A DNA stretch of 64,000 bases. Origin: Tetramitus jugosus. Its lineage: Eukaryota > Protista > Heterolobosea. A program made the translations under genes and the position numbers. Shown in pieces: positions 31,236 to 42,398 of the stretch. The notes below the pieces were generated by a model, which was given only the letters and a program-made list of their open reading frames with translations, had not been told where the DNA came from and ran no database searches. Position 1 is the stretch's first letter. Each line of letters starts with the position of its first letter. The stretch spans positions 1 to 64,000 of the forward strand of contig OW569388.1 of NCBI GenBank assembly GCA_937625935.1, in the 5' to 3' direction.

Positions 31236-31709
31236 ATGAGACTCTTTAACATCATTGCAAGTTGCTTCTTCTTATGCCTCGTACTTTCAGTCTTGAGAGC
31301 TCAAATTGGCACATGTGTACAGAAAAACTCCATCTGTGCTGCTCAACCAAACACTCCACTATGTTGTAGATGGAATCCTCCACCTCCACTAACTGGCCCT
31401 TCCACAACTGAAGAACAATGCTACAGCAGTAGCCAATATTCATGTTTGGCTGATTTGTCAACAGGCGATGCATGCTTGTGCCCTGCTGGACTTTTGTGTT
31501 GTAACAAGGGTTGCTACGATCCAGCCATTCAAACATGTACTGTCAACAGAGAACCATCATTGGGTGCTCCTCCTCGTCAACTCTGCCCTGTTTCCGCTCC
31601 ATTGTCTTGTGATGGTGCTTGTTACTCATTCCCACAATTCCGTTGCTGCCCAGGTGCTCCTGGTCAAGGAGGTTTCTTAACATCTGCTTCTCAATGTCCT
31701 GTGTTCTAA
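31236..31709 (+). CDS. Secreted Cys-rich protein with CBM52-like repeats, copy 2 (diverged paralog)
   Basis: Same Cys spacing as copies 1 and 3, with many substitutions. Confidence 0.8.
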   Translation: MRLFNIIASCFFLCLVLSVLRAQIGTCVQKNSICAAQPNTPLCCRWNPPPPLTGPSTTEEQCYSSSQYSCLADLSTGDACLCPAGLLCCNKGCYDPAIQTCTVNREPSLGAPPRQLCPVSAPLSCDGACYSFPQFRCCPGAPGQGGFLTSASQCPVF

Positions 31710-32181
31710 TCTAGGAATCATGAATGTTCTCTTTCGAACAACATTGTAAATATTCTCATGAGAAATCAAGATTTACAATAAACAATGACCCTGATTTCTC
31801 ATTGATTGTATTCATTCATGGACAAGTAGTTGACACTAACAACATTGTACAATTCCTCTTCTTCATTCTTTGGGATCCTCGATTATTAATATTCGATGGT
31901 TGTGGAACTATCTCCATCAAGTTGGCCAAAACCCCTGTCAATTCACAGTAGATGTTGTTCCAAAAATAGTTTGACGGCGGCAGTTTGTGGTTCAATTTAC
32001 TGAAAGGGATACGCGCGAATTCGAATACAACCTGATGAAATGAAAAATAACGACTGTCAATTGTACAAGAATCTAATTCAATTCAGATTGGGAAAGATAA
32101 AAGGCAAGATGCTTGCCTTTGATACCAATTCCACAACAAACCAAACCAAACGAATCAGAATAATCCTCTAATACCATTGAA

Positions 32182-32667
32182 ATGAAAGTCTTCAACATCA
32201 TTGCCAGCTGCTTTTTCCTTTGCCTCATTTTGGGCACATTGAGTGTTCAAGGAACAGGTGTAGGTACTTGTCAACAGAAGGTTGCACTCTGCGCTGCTCA
32301 ACCAAACACTCCATTGTGTTGCAGATGGACTCCTCCTCCAGTGAATGGAGTTCCAACTCCAACTCAAGAGCAGTGCTACAGCAGCACCCAATACAACTGT
32401 ATCACCGATTTGTCAGTTGGTGATGCATGCTTGTGTCCTGCTGGTCTTCGATGCTGCAACAAGGCTTGTTATGATACTGCCATCCATACTTGTGCAGTCA
32501 ACAATCAACCATCCTCTGGAGCACCTGCTCGTCAACTCTGCCCTGTTTCTGCTCCATTGTCTTGCAATGGTGCTTGCTACTCATCTCAACTCTTCCAATG
32601 TTGCCCAGGTGCTCCAGGTCAAGGTGGAAACTTGAGACCAGTTGGAACTCAATGCCCTGTGTTCTAA
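32182..32667 (+). CDS. Secreted Cys-rich protein with CBM52-like repeats, copy 3
   Basis: Identical to copy 1 except CPTG vs CPAG; several synonymous differences. Confidence 0.8.
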   Translation: MKVFNIIASCFFLCLILGTLSVQGTGVGTCQQKVALCAAQPNTPLCCRWTPPPVNGVPTPTQEQCYSSTQYNCITDLSVGDACLCPAGLRCCNKACYDTAIHTCAVNNQPSSGAPARQLCPVSAPLSCNGACYSSQLFQCCPGAPGQGGNLRPVGTQCPVF

Positions 32668-32911
32668 TCTCGTGATGGAGGTGAAGATTCTTCTCTTTAT
32701 TGTAAATACTTGCCAAAGGGAACCAACTCAAGGACTAAAACGCTTCGAACCAATTCTTGCAAACAAATAAATATGGATCCTGTTTTTCGTGAACATTTTT
32801 TCTTGTCATTTCGTTCTCCATCAGACGGAACTCAGAGGAACAGAAAACTGGAACTGGAATCTCAACTACTCAAAGAAAAGAGATAAAGAAGTAGTATTGT
32901 GTGAGATTGAT

Positions 32912-34269
32912 ATGGAGGACTGCAATGAGCACAGCGATTACTTTCCCTCATGTGGACAATTACCATTTGAAATCATGTTTCAGATCGTGGGATACTCTGC
33001 GTATCACATTGAGAACCTTGTGCAATTGTCTCGCACGTGTCACTTTATGAATAATTTGATAATGGTAGAGGCACATTTGTATCATTCGTTGATGAATCAT
33101 CAGGAACTCCGTCAAATGTTACAAAAGGGAGTCGAAGAGAGATTACAGGTTGAAATTGAGAAGAATGATGGTGTTGTTTACGAATTTTCCAAAATTAAGG
33201 CTCAGTATCGTTACAATGCACATTCTTTTTTGGCAGTGTGTTTCGAGGCTCAATTCCCAGCAATTTATCAATACCTTAAACGTGAGCCTCACTATAGAAA
33301 TGTCATCGAGTATGTGACGAACAAGCAATGGCTCGTACTTTTCCATCGTTTCTATTCAGCTCAAAAATTCTTGTCTACAGTTGATGAACTGAAGGGAAAT
33401 GCGTCACGAATCACTGGAACAGAATCTCAAAAAAGGTGCATGTATCAATTACTTCGAGGTGTTTCGCAATCCAATTCTACCAATCTCCCTATTCATTCCT
33501 TGTCCAATGCAGTGAATCTATCTTCGTTCGAAATAGACAATAATTGTAGTTGCATTAACGTTCCAAGCAAATCTCCCTATTCTATTCATTTGACATCGTT
33601 TGGTTTCGGAGATCAGAATGGCCCTCCGATGGAGAACCTGATTGGCTCCCTCAATAGCGAAGCATTTCACTTCAGTGTGTCAAAGGACGAACATGTGTCC
33701 GTCAGGTTCAATGTAACAGAAATGTCCACTTCACATGGAATTGTTTTCTTTTGTGCCTACTTGACAGCACAAGTACTCGATGATATTGTCTCCCGAACCT
33801 GGCAAAGTCGACAGGTACTCTTTTTATGATACTGTCTGAGACAAAATTTGATGAAAATAGGGTCAAGAGTCGAATTAACGAGACAACGAGTGCCTCAGCC
33901 AGTTGGATATGTCCAGAACGCTTATTCTTGGTGTTCAAGATATCACAAATTGACCGAGATTGGATCCGAGAACAAATGGGACCTTACGTCACCAAACAGA
34001 ATATATTTTATGGTTCTTACAATCCCAATCAAACCAACTACTACGAGAATATCAGAGCAGAGGATTATGAGCCCGAGCCTGAACACTCTCCTAAGATTCG
34101 AACAGGGGAGCAATTACTCAACGAAAATGCAACAGAATTTGCATCGTTTGTTGCCTTGGTGCACAAGAATAATCAGAGACCTACATTGGAAACTAGTCCA
34201 CCAAGATTACGAATGTACAATCGGTATTCAATGGGCATGGACACGAACACAACGTGCACAATCCTTTAG
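32912..34269 (+). CDS. F-box protein with degenerate Ras-like C-terminal domain and CaaX (CTIL); frameshift near 33783-33829
   Basis: 'QLPFEIMFQIVGY...LSRTCH' F-box. The second ORF has 'MILSETKFD' (G4-like) and ends in CTIL. The two ORFs overlap by 4 nt. Confidence 0.55.
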
Positions 34270-34350
34270 TTGGCGCAATGTAAAAAGAACAATAAAGGAA
34301 CATTAAGAATCCAAAAAGAGAGCTGTGTTTGTATTTTATTGCATCGTTTC

Positions 34351-35223
34351 TTAAGGCCACATTTCGTACACACCAATACCGGCAGAAACGACACCCAACA
34401 CTCCGACAAGCCAATTCTTTGCTTGCCAATGACCACTCAGTGCAGCAGCAGTTCCCAAATCACACAAACCAACAATCTCCTTTCTAATGAGTGCATTTCT
34501 TTCATTGGTCAATTTCACCATTTGTTGCTCCAACTCCTTGGCACGAGAATTGGCATCAAACGACTCCTCATGAGACACTTGCAACTCCTTCAAATTTGCA
34601 TTCATCTCAGACAACAGAGCAGCTTCTCTGTTCACACTGTTCACCAACTCCATGGACGTTGCAATAACTCCTGCCAAAACACCATACATCCAGAAAGTGA
34701 AACCGATTTGACCATATCTCGCAGCTTTTCCATTGTTGAACAAGCTCTTTATCTCATAACCACCACCAGATGGAACTAAAGAATTGTCTGAGCTCTTACC
34801 ATCAGTGAGTTTCTCATTGCTCAACAAACCAGTCTTGGCTGCCCAATTCAAATGATCGAGCAGGAAATAATTGGCGACAAACACTTTTTCAATCAACTGC
34901 AAAATTTCAATTAATTTCAACTGTTTCTCCTTGCCTGATCCCTGGCTCAATCGAATCAATCTCTGAATGAATCGAATGAGCGCCAGATAACCAGTCAATG
35001 GCTTCCAAAATCTCATGACCTTTCGAGCGGTGGCCAACCCTGTGCCAAACAATCTCACACGCTTAATAACCTCCAAATTTGGATTCTGGGTGGAGCTCAT
35101 GGCATCATCCACAATTCTTGTGCTATACTGAAGCACCTTTGTGGCCTTGTCTCTTCCGTTGGCATTATTGACCAATTTGAGCAAATTGTCCAATGTAACA
35201 AGTATCTGATTGAATTGGGACAT
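34351..35223 (-). CDS. PEX11: Peroxisomal biogenesis factor 11
   Basis: 'GRDKATKVLQY', 'ARKVMRFWK', 'YFLLDHLNW' and C-terminal 'VGVLGVVSAGIGVYEMWP'. Confidence 0.9.
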   Translation of the reverse strand: MSQFNQILVTLDNLLKLVNNANGRDKATKVLQYSTRIVDDAMSSTQNPNLEVIKRVRLFGTGLATARKVMRFWKPLTGYLALIRFIQRLIRLSQGSGKEKQLKLIEILQLIEKVFVANYFLLDHLNWAAKTGLLSNEKLTDGKSSDNSLVPSGGGYEIKSLFNNGKAARYGQIGFTFWMYGVLAGVIATSMELVNSVNREAALLSEMNANLKELQVSHEESFDANSRAKELEQQMVKLTNERNALIRKEIVGLCDLGTAAALSGHWQAKNWLVGVLGVVSAGIGVYEMWP

Positions 35224-35558
35224 GATCGCTTTCTTTTATGTTTTGTTGTTCGGTTTGATGCGACCAAAAGTCTCTCTGTGTGCTTGTGGGTTGGGAGAGA
35301 CCTTGACCATCAACCAAAATCGGCCAAACCAATGATCTGAAAATGATTGCAGGAAAATTTCATTTTGAGGCCGAAAATAAACCGACCGGAAGAATAAGGA
35401 TGATTTTGTTTTTTACTGTTGCTGGGTGGAATTACAGACTGTTGTTGCCAGTCTCTCTCGTCCCAGACAGATGTGATTGGCCAGATGTCAACAGACACTG
35501 TGGTGAAAGATATTGATGTGAGGGTTATCCATTCAGCTTTTTGAGAAAGCCTGCCAGG

Positions 35559-36902
35559 TTAGTGTCTGTTGATCAGCAATTGTGCATGCTCATCAGTAGA
35601 GATGACCTTAGAGTACAGATTGGCAGAAGGATCCTCGAATTCGCTCTCAACGGTAGTGTCAACGAAATCATAACACTTTCCTTCCATAATTTCAACGTCC
35701 AGGCCCTTATCTTGCTTCTCAGGAGTTGCAACAATCATTTTTCTAATGAATACAGTGATCAAACATGTGATGAATGCGGACCAGATAAATGCACAGATAA
35801 TACCCAACAATTGAATTCCCATGAGACTTGGGTTACCATACATCCATCCATTGTTACCTTGTTCAGGGTTGACAGCCTTCTTGGCAGCAACACCAATAGC
35901 AAATGCACCGACAGCACCAGTAACACCGTGAACACTAGACACATCCAATGCATCATCAATGTGAAGCTTGTGCTTCAACAAGTACAAACTAAAGTAGGAA
36001 ACAACACCGAGAACGAGACCAATGACCAATGAAGACTGAATGGTCACATAGCCAGAAGCAGGTGTAATACCAGCCAATCCAGCCAAAGCACCGTTCATCA
36101 CCATGACCAATGATGGCTTCTTGTTCATGACCCAACCCAAGAACAACCAAACAAGAGTAGAGACTGCAGGTGCCATCTGAGTACAAACAATTGCATTCAC
36201 AGCAGTTGGACCACTGCCCAATGCACCACCTGCATTGAATCCGAACCAACCCATCATCAACAATGCCAATCCCAGAATGGCCAAACCTAGATTATGAGGA
36301 GTCACTTCACCGTGATGCTTCTCGAATCCGTGTCTCTTTTTCAACACGAATGCCATGACCAATGATCCAGCACCAGCAGTCACATGAATCACAATACCAC
36401 CTGCAAAGTCCAAAACTCCCATCTGATCCAAGAATCCACCGCCCCATATCCAATGAGCCACAGGATAATAGACCAACAATTCCCACAGGACCAAAAATGC
36501 CAAATAAGGCTTAAATTTGAGTCTTTCGGCAAAAGCACCAGTCATCAAAAGTGGACAAATGACAGCAAACAGCATCTGATAGAGTGCAAACAGTGCATTG
36601 GGTATATTGTCAGAGTGGATACCACAAGTGTGAACAGACACATCATAAAATGCCAATAATTCAACTTGAAAGCCAATGACACCTCCTCTTGTCGTTCCAA
36701 AACTGAGACTGTAACCAAAGAGGAACCACATGACTGATAAAATGGCCAATCCTGTAAAAACTTGCATGAAAATGGAGAGGGCATTCTTTGCTCTCAGCAT
36801 ACCTGCTTCAAAGATGGACAGTGAAGGAATCATGCCCATAACGAGAACCACACAAATGGAAACCCAAGCGGTATCTCCAGAGTCTAAATGACACGTAACC
36901 AT
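35559..36902 (-). CDS. amt: Ammonium transporter (Amt/Mep)
   Basis: 'GDTAW', 'GAFAER', 'DFAGGIVIH', 'GWFGFNAG', 'GLAGITP' and 'IDDALDVSSVHG'. Confidence 0.96.
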   Translation of the reverse strand: MVTCHLDSGDTAWVSICVVLVMGMIPSLSIFEAGMLRAKNALSIFMQVFTGLAILSVMWFLFGYSLSFGTTRGGVIGFQVELLAFYDVSVHTCGIHSDNIPNALFALYQMLFAVICPLLMTGAFAERLKFKPYLAFLVLWELLVYYPVAHWIWGGGFLDQMGVLDFAGGIVIHVTAGAGSLVMAFVLKKRHGFEKHHGEVTPHNLGLAILGLALLMMGWFGFNAGGALGSGPTAVNAIVCTQMAPAVSTLVWLFLGWVMNKKPSLVMVMNGALAGLAGITPASGYVTIQSSLVIGLVLGVVSYFSLYLLKHKLHIDDALDVSSVHGVTGAVGAFAIGVAAKKAVNPEQGNNGWMYGNPSLMGIQLLGIICAFIWSAFITCLITVFIRKMIVATPEKQDKGLDVEIMEGKCYDFVDTTVESEFEDPSANLYSKVISTDEHAQLLINRH

Positions 36903-37243
36903 GTTGACGATGATGAGGAAGAAGAGCTACGAGAGGTATGTGTGTGTCAGACACGTGTGAATAGATTGATAGTGTTGTTTTTTGATTACACAGAAATGGG
37001 AAAATAAGAAGAAGTATCGGGAAATGTCTTCTCACGCGCGTTCAAAAAGCAAGACAAGAACAGAGACCCAGAACGATCACACAACAAATCAAAAGGTGCC
37101 AAAGTGAAAAGTTTCCTCCAGCTGGAAAGCTTGTGAATTACAATCAATCAAGATTTTAATTATCCGATTGCCAAAACACGTTTTGGAAATACGTGTTTTT
37201 TGTGCGCGAAAAAAATTTACAGTGAACCCGTCATTGGAATTCC

Positions 37244-39871
37244 TTAAGCTTCCGTTGTTGATTTCCTTGGAATGAGGGATGCTTGATCAGATAGAATCCG
37301 AACAATAGCGTTCACTGTGTACGGTTTCGCGCAAAACTTGGTCATACCTAACTGAAGACACTGTTGTTTGCAATGGTCAGAAGCACTGGCTGTCAAGGCA
37401 ATAATGGGTGTCGTCTCGTAGTCTGGTATTCCTCTGATTTTGATGGAAGACTCCAATCCATCCATCACTGGCATACAAATATCCATAAAGATGATATCAT
37501 AGGGCTTTCCGTGTGTTTCGAGGTGAGTCTGTGCCATTTCGAAAGCAGCCAATCCATTGAAGGCTCTGTCTATATTCTCGGAAGGAATACCAATCTTGTT
37601 CAATATATGGACGAGCACTTTTTGATTGATGAGTCCATCATCCACAATTAACACCCTCCATCGAAATACTCGATCTGGTACTTCGGGTGTCGAATGACTT
37701 CTGGATTTGTAAGGGGTATTCGACACGCCCACTTGAACAGTGAAAGCAAAGGTGGAGCCTTCTCCCTGTTTGGACTCTACGAAAAATTTGCCATTCATCA
37801 GATCTACAAGTGACTTTGATATGTTCAAACCAAGCCCCGTTCCTGCCCACTCTTTAGATATGGAGGAAGAGAGTTGAGTAAACTTTTTGAACAGTTCTCC
37901 TAGCTTTTCCTTTGGAATGCCAATGCCAGTGTCTTTGATTGAACACACTAGGTATTCACTAGTGCTCGAGTCATAGGAAGAAGGTGTCTCCTTTAGGATT
38001 CGTTTGCACATGTCTGAGCTTAGATATTGAAGGATTGGATGATTCATATCACCATCTACAGAAGCGATCGAATCAAGTGAGAGGATACTCAGATCAACCG
38101 ATCCGTCAGTCGGAGTAAACTTGACAGCATTGTTACAAATGTTAATTAAAATTTGGTTGAGTCTGGACACGTCTCCTTTGAGATGCTTCTTTGCCAACTT
38201 GGGATCAACATAAATGTGGCAATTCAATTGTTTTTCTTTTGCAATGCCCTCGAACACACATCGGTTCACAACTTCGACACAATCTCCAAGGCAGAAACTC
38301 ACGGATTCCAGTTCAATCTTACCAGCCTCAATCTTTGATACTTCCAGAATGTCATTCACTAGAGTTCGGAGCATACTTGCTGAGGTCTGCACTGTTTTCA
38401 CGTAATCAGCATGTTTCTCGCTTAATTCCCCAGATTCTCGCATCAACAATTCAGTGATACCACATATGCTGACCAATGGACTCCGAAGCTCATGAGACAT
38501 GTTACTCAAAAAGTCAGTTTTGAATTGAGAGGCAGCTTCAGCTTGATCTTTTGTACTTGTGAGCTCCTTTTGAATCTTCTTTTGTGCCGTAATGTCTTGA
38601 AGAACCATGTTTGAAAGCCAAATCTTCTTATCAGTACCATGCCTAATGAATGATAGATTCATCACAAAATCCCTAACCTCTCCAGTTTTTGTTATGAGTC
38701 TCATCTCCTTGTCAGTAATATTCTCTTCGTTGAGTTGATTTTGTGCATCTGTTTGACTGTAAATACTCTCCAGATATTCTCGACTCTCTGGTGCAAACAA
38801 ATCAAATATTGTCATATCTTGTTGCAATTGCTCAGCACTATAATGGGTTGATTTACAAGTAGACTTGTTGCAATTGCAAATTCGACCATTTTGACAGACA
38901 CTGAGAAACAATGAAGGAGCATCATAGTACAACGTCTTGTACATTTTCTCTGAACTTTGAATCATCAATTGACTCTCGGTTGCCAATTCATACTTGTGAA
39001 ATGATGACATGTAGATGGCTTTCGCAATGCTAAATGCTTGTACTACATAAATTTCGATTGCCACAATTGAAATTTCTCTAGCAGAACAACCGATATGATA
39101 CATTGTGCACAATGTGATGATTGGAACAATGTTGAGTCCGAGCATCACTACCCAACTCATCTTCCATATAACCTCGATACACACAACACAGGGCGCCAAG
39201 AATAAAAGGCACATTAAATACACTGGACTCTCCTTTGTACAAATGATGTAGGAGGCCCAGACAAAAGCACCGTTCATGAGGGCACGGAACATTTCCAACA
39301 AACACAACCAGAAGTTGTTATTGCACCATTGGAGCTCACATTGAATCCGTATCGATTGTAAATCTTTCTTTCGAATTGCTTCTTTCACCATGTCGACTAC
39401 ATCAACATTTTCATTCTTCTGCGAGGACAATCTGTCTCGAAATGTAAAACTGAAACGATTTAAATGGTGATTGATGAAGCGGGAAGCACCAACCAAGATC
39501 CAAAAGTAATACAGGGGGTACTTTGAGTTTGATGGTTTTGTGAGTGATAGAACCAATACGAAAGCAGCATAGAGAGGAGCTATGACTGTAACGTACAATC
39601 TACCCATGAACAAATCAAAGTGAATTCTGCTCATCATTTCTTGTCTTCCAGCTTTTGAAGGATTTCGATAAACATCACTAAAAGCACGCCATTCTACAGG
39701 GAGTGTATCTTTCTCATTCTTTCTATTTACATCTTCGTTGTTTTCCTTTTCGTGTTGTAAAAAATGATGTGGCAGAGAAAATTGTGAAGGAAATGCCTCA
39801 TCGTCTTTCACCGTAGCACTAGTTTGAGAAGATCGTGATGGAAACTCTCCACTACTTTCGTCAACAGTCAT
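37244..39871 (-). CDS. Membrane-bound hybrid histidine kinase (TM-PAS-HisKA-HATPase-REC)
   Basis: H-box 'FLSNMSHELRSPL', N-box 'NNAVKFT', G1 'DTGIGI', G2 'GTGLGL' and receiver 'IVDD..IFMDICMPVMDG'. Confidence 0.95.
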   Translation of the reverse strand: MTVDESSGEFPSRSSQTSATVKDDEAFPSQFSLPHHFLQHEKENNEDVNRKNEKDTLPVEWRAFSDVYRNPSKAGRQEMMSRIHFDLFMGRLYVTVIAPLYAAFVLVLSLTKPSNSKYPLYYFWILVGASRFINHHLNRFSFTFRDRLSSQKNENVDVVDMVKEAIRKKDLQSIRIQCELQWCNNNFWLCLLEMFRALMNGAFVWASYIICTKESPVYLMCLLFLAPCVVCIEVIWKMSWVVMLGLNIVPIITLCTMYHIGCSAREISIVAIEIYVVQAFSIAKAIYMSSFHKYELATESQLMIQSSEKMYKTLYYDAPSLFLSVCQNGRICNCNKSTCKSTHYSAEQLQQDMTIFDLFAPESREYLESIYSQTDAQNQLNEENITDKEMRLITKTGEVRDFVMNLSFIRHGTDKKIWLSNMVLQDITAQKKIQKELTSTKDQAEAASQFKTDFLSNMSHELRSPLVSICGITELLMRESGELSEKHADYVKTVQTSASMLRTLVNDILEVSKIEAGKIELESVSFCLGDCVEVVNRCVFEGIAKEKQLNCHIYVDPKLAKKHLKGDVSRLNQILINICNNAVKFTPTDGSVDLSILSLDSIASVDGDMNHPILQYLSSDMCKRILKETPSSYDSSTSEYLVCSIKDTGIGIPKEKLGELFKKFTQLSSSISKEWAGTGLGLNISKSLVDLMNGKFFVESKQGEGSTFAFTVQVGVSNTPYKSRSHSTPEVPDRVFRWRVLIVDDGLINQKVLVHILNKIGIPSENIDRAFNGLAAFEMAQTHLETHGKPYDIIFMDICMPVMDGLESSIKIRGIPDYETTPIIALTASASDHCKQQCLQLGMTKFCAKPYTVNAIVRILSDQASLIPRKSTTEA

Positions 39872-40281
39872 GATTGATGATCCTCTGAGAACGATTTTTG
39901 TTTGTTTTATCTATCTGATGTGTTTCGGTTCGAACAATCGTGGTTCGGAACTGTTTCGAACAATAAGACAAGGTACCAGTTTCCAGGAAGAACGTCCCAG
40001 ATTTGGTGTTTTCATCATCTCCGTTGTATTTCTGGATCTGACAAAAAAGGTCTGGAGAACAATATGGTATCGCTCAGGTTATAAAATAGGAGAAATGTGA
40101 CGGGGAAGTTACAAAGAAGGAAAGGAGATATACGCGCTGTGAAAAGGCACGATGCGTGTATTTCTCGAATCGAACCTCTCAGGAGAATTAGGAGAAAACG
40201 TTGAGTTTCTCTTGAGATCTATGGTATAATATGATATGATGTGACCGAAGATGGTCATCACAATGTGGTTTACTCATGTTC

Positions 40282-42219
40282 TCATATGTTCGATTGATGT
40301 GAGTAATCCTCTTGCTCACTGTATTGACACCATTGCTGGTTGTGAAGGTAAAACTTTGTTCTTCGAATTCTCTCCTTCCAGTCAAGGTCGAAGTCTGATG
40401 CCAGATCGCAGATATCATCACATAATTTGACCACATCCTCATTACTATGATCGAGAAGAGATAGCAGACCCCTCTTGTCATTGAGTAAAACTCCTTTCTG
40501 TTGAAGAATGACCTTTCTTGTTGGCTCAAACAGTAGAAAACGATAGAAGGCGAATAGAATCTGTACCATGAAGTCATCGTCATACATGACCTCCAAGAAC
40601 AGCTGAGATAGAGTGTGAATGATTGGAGAAGTAGCGAGTATTCTCGAGCAGTCTGTATCACAATTCACTACCCCTAGCAAAGAAATCACCTCCAGATACA
40701 AGTCCATTGATTCAGATGAATGCCCTTCTCTTACAATTGTTATCAATTGTTGCACATGTCGTAGAATGAACTCAACAACATTCAGTCGTTTGAAACAATC
40801 TATGAAGGAATAACCTCGAAGATTGTTCATATTACCTAGAATTCCCAAACATTCGACTACAATTTCAGTTTCATCAACTGCTTGGGTGGTGCTCATAGAA
40901 ATTAAACCTGGCAAGTAAGCGAGGAAACTACTTTTGTGTCTGTCATGAGAAGAAATATTTCTGATCATTTTCCCTAACATAGAATCGTGGGTTTGAATAA
41001 ATCTCTCCATTAAACGTTGTAAATTGAAAGGAGGAGTGTCATTCTGAGGTGAGCCGATCATCATATCAACGTTTCTCGACACTTGAACCAAGTTGATTGC
41101 CAAGGCAATCAATTCTTTTCCTACACGAGTTCCAGGGAAGTTGACTACGTACTCAAATACAAATAATAACATATTAGGGGTTTCTCCTAGTAACAACTTC
41201 CCCTTTTCGCTCATACTTAGGTTGTATAGAAGCTTTACAGTTGATTCAAACATTTGGACATCTTTCAATTGTTCTACACAATGGACCAAAAAGCTTGGAG
41301 TAACAACCATAATCTCCTTTACCTTCGGGTCAAATGACAAATTAAAGAGTAATCTCATTGTATTATCCTTGAGAGGGACGTGAGGTTGAGTTAATAGATT
41401 TGATAATCTGGGTAGCAAAGAAGGCACTGACAACATTTCGATCTTGTTCTCCTCGAAAATGCTCAGTTTTTTCAGAAACATGACACACAACATCAACAAA
41501 TCAGCACTTTTCCTCTCTAAACACTTGACAAGAAGAGATATTATGTTTCTATTTTTCATTTTCATTTCCACATTTAAATCCTCGGCCAAATTCAATAAAA
41601 TATGGAAACAGACTGTGTTCGCATCTTGTTAGACACTGCTCAATCCATTGGAATAGAAGTATCAAGTCAATGACATACCATATAATAATCTCTCTTGTTT
41701 CTCTAACATTTTCTCAATCTTTTTAAGTTGTCCCAAGTCTTTTTGACTCGAGTGTGCTAGTTTTCCAAGGACCGTCAACTCCTCATATCTTCTCTCTTCA
41801 TAAGCTATAGTCTTCATAACAATACCTCCAATTTTAAAGTTGGATATGATCGAATGAAACTGAGTAAAATGGGAGAAGCTATAAAATACATAAAGAATAT
41901 TAATCATCAGGTCCATGCTCTTCTTTCCTTCTTCTTTCAATTCTCTTCCGAGAGCATTCAGCAATGTTTCTAGAAAACCAACGACTTGTTAGACCTAATA
42001 ATTAAGAAAATCAGCTACCATAGAAAAAGATATCAAACCATTAGTCACTAAAAACTCCAAGTTATCTGGACTTCGGGACAGTTGCATGATGAGAAAACTG
42101 CCTTTCACTTTCTTCAAAAAGTCATCCTGAGAGTACAATAATTCCAGATAATCCTCTAGTTTGTCAATGAGAACAGATCCTCCTCCCTCAAAATCCAAAT
42201 CCACTTCATCATAGTTCAT
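40282..42219 (-). CDS. KIFAP3: Kinesin-II associated protein KAP3; introns 41970-42038 and 41613-41678
   Basis: The spliced product contains 'YLELLY', 'NETLLNALGRELKEE', 'FYSFSHFTQFH', 'LLNLAED', 'FLKKLSIFEENK', 'LLFNLSFD' and 'FYLHNQQW'. Confidence 0.9.
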
Positions 42220-42398
42220 ATTTCTCTGCTTCTGTATCTATTTTGCTTCTCTTCAGATATTTTTTCATTTTCTGTAGATGGAGAAAACCCGCTTGTCCAC
42301 TTTCTCCGATACAATACTCCTTCAGTTGGTCGCAGAAACTGGAACAAGCAAAAAACAAAAAAAACAAAAAACAACAAACATTATATTATTATTTTAAC

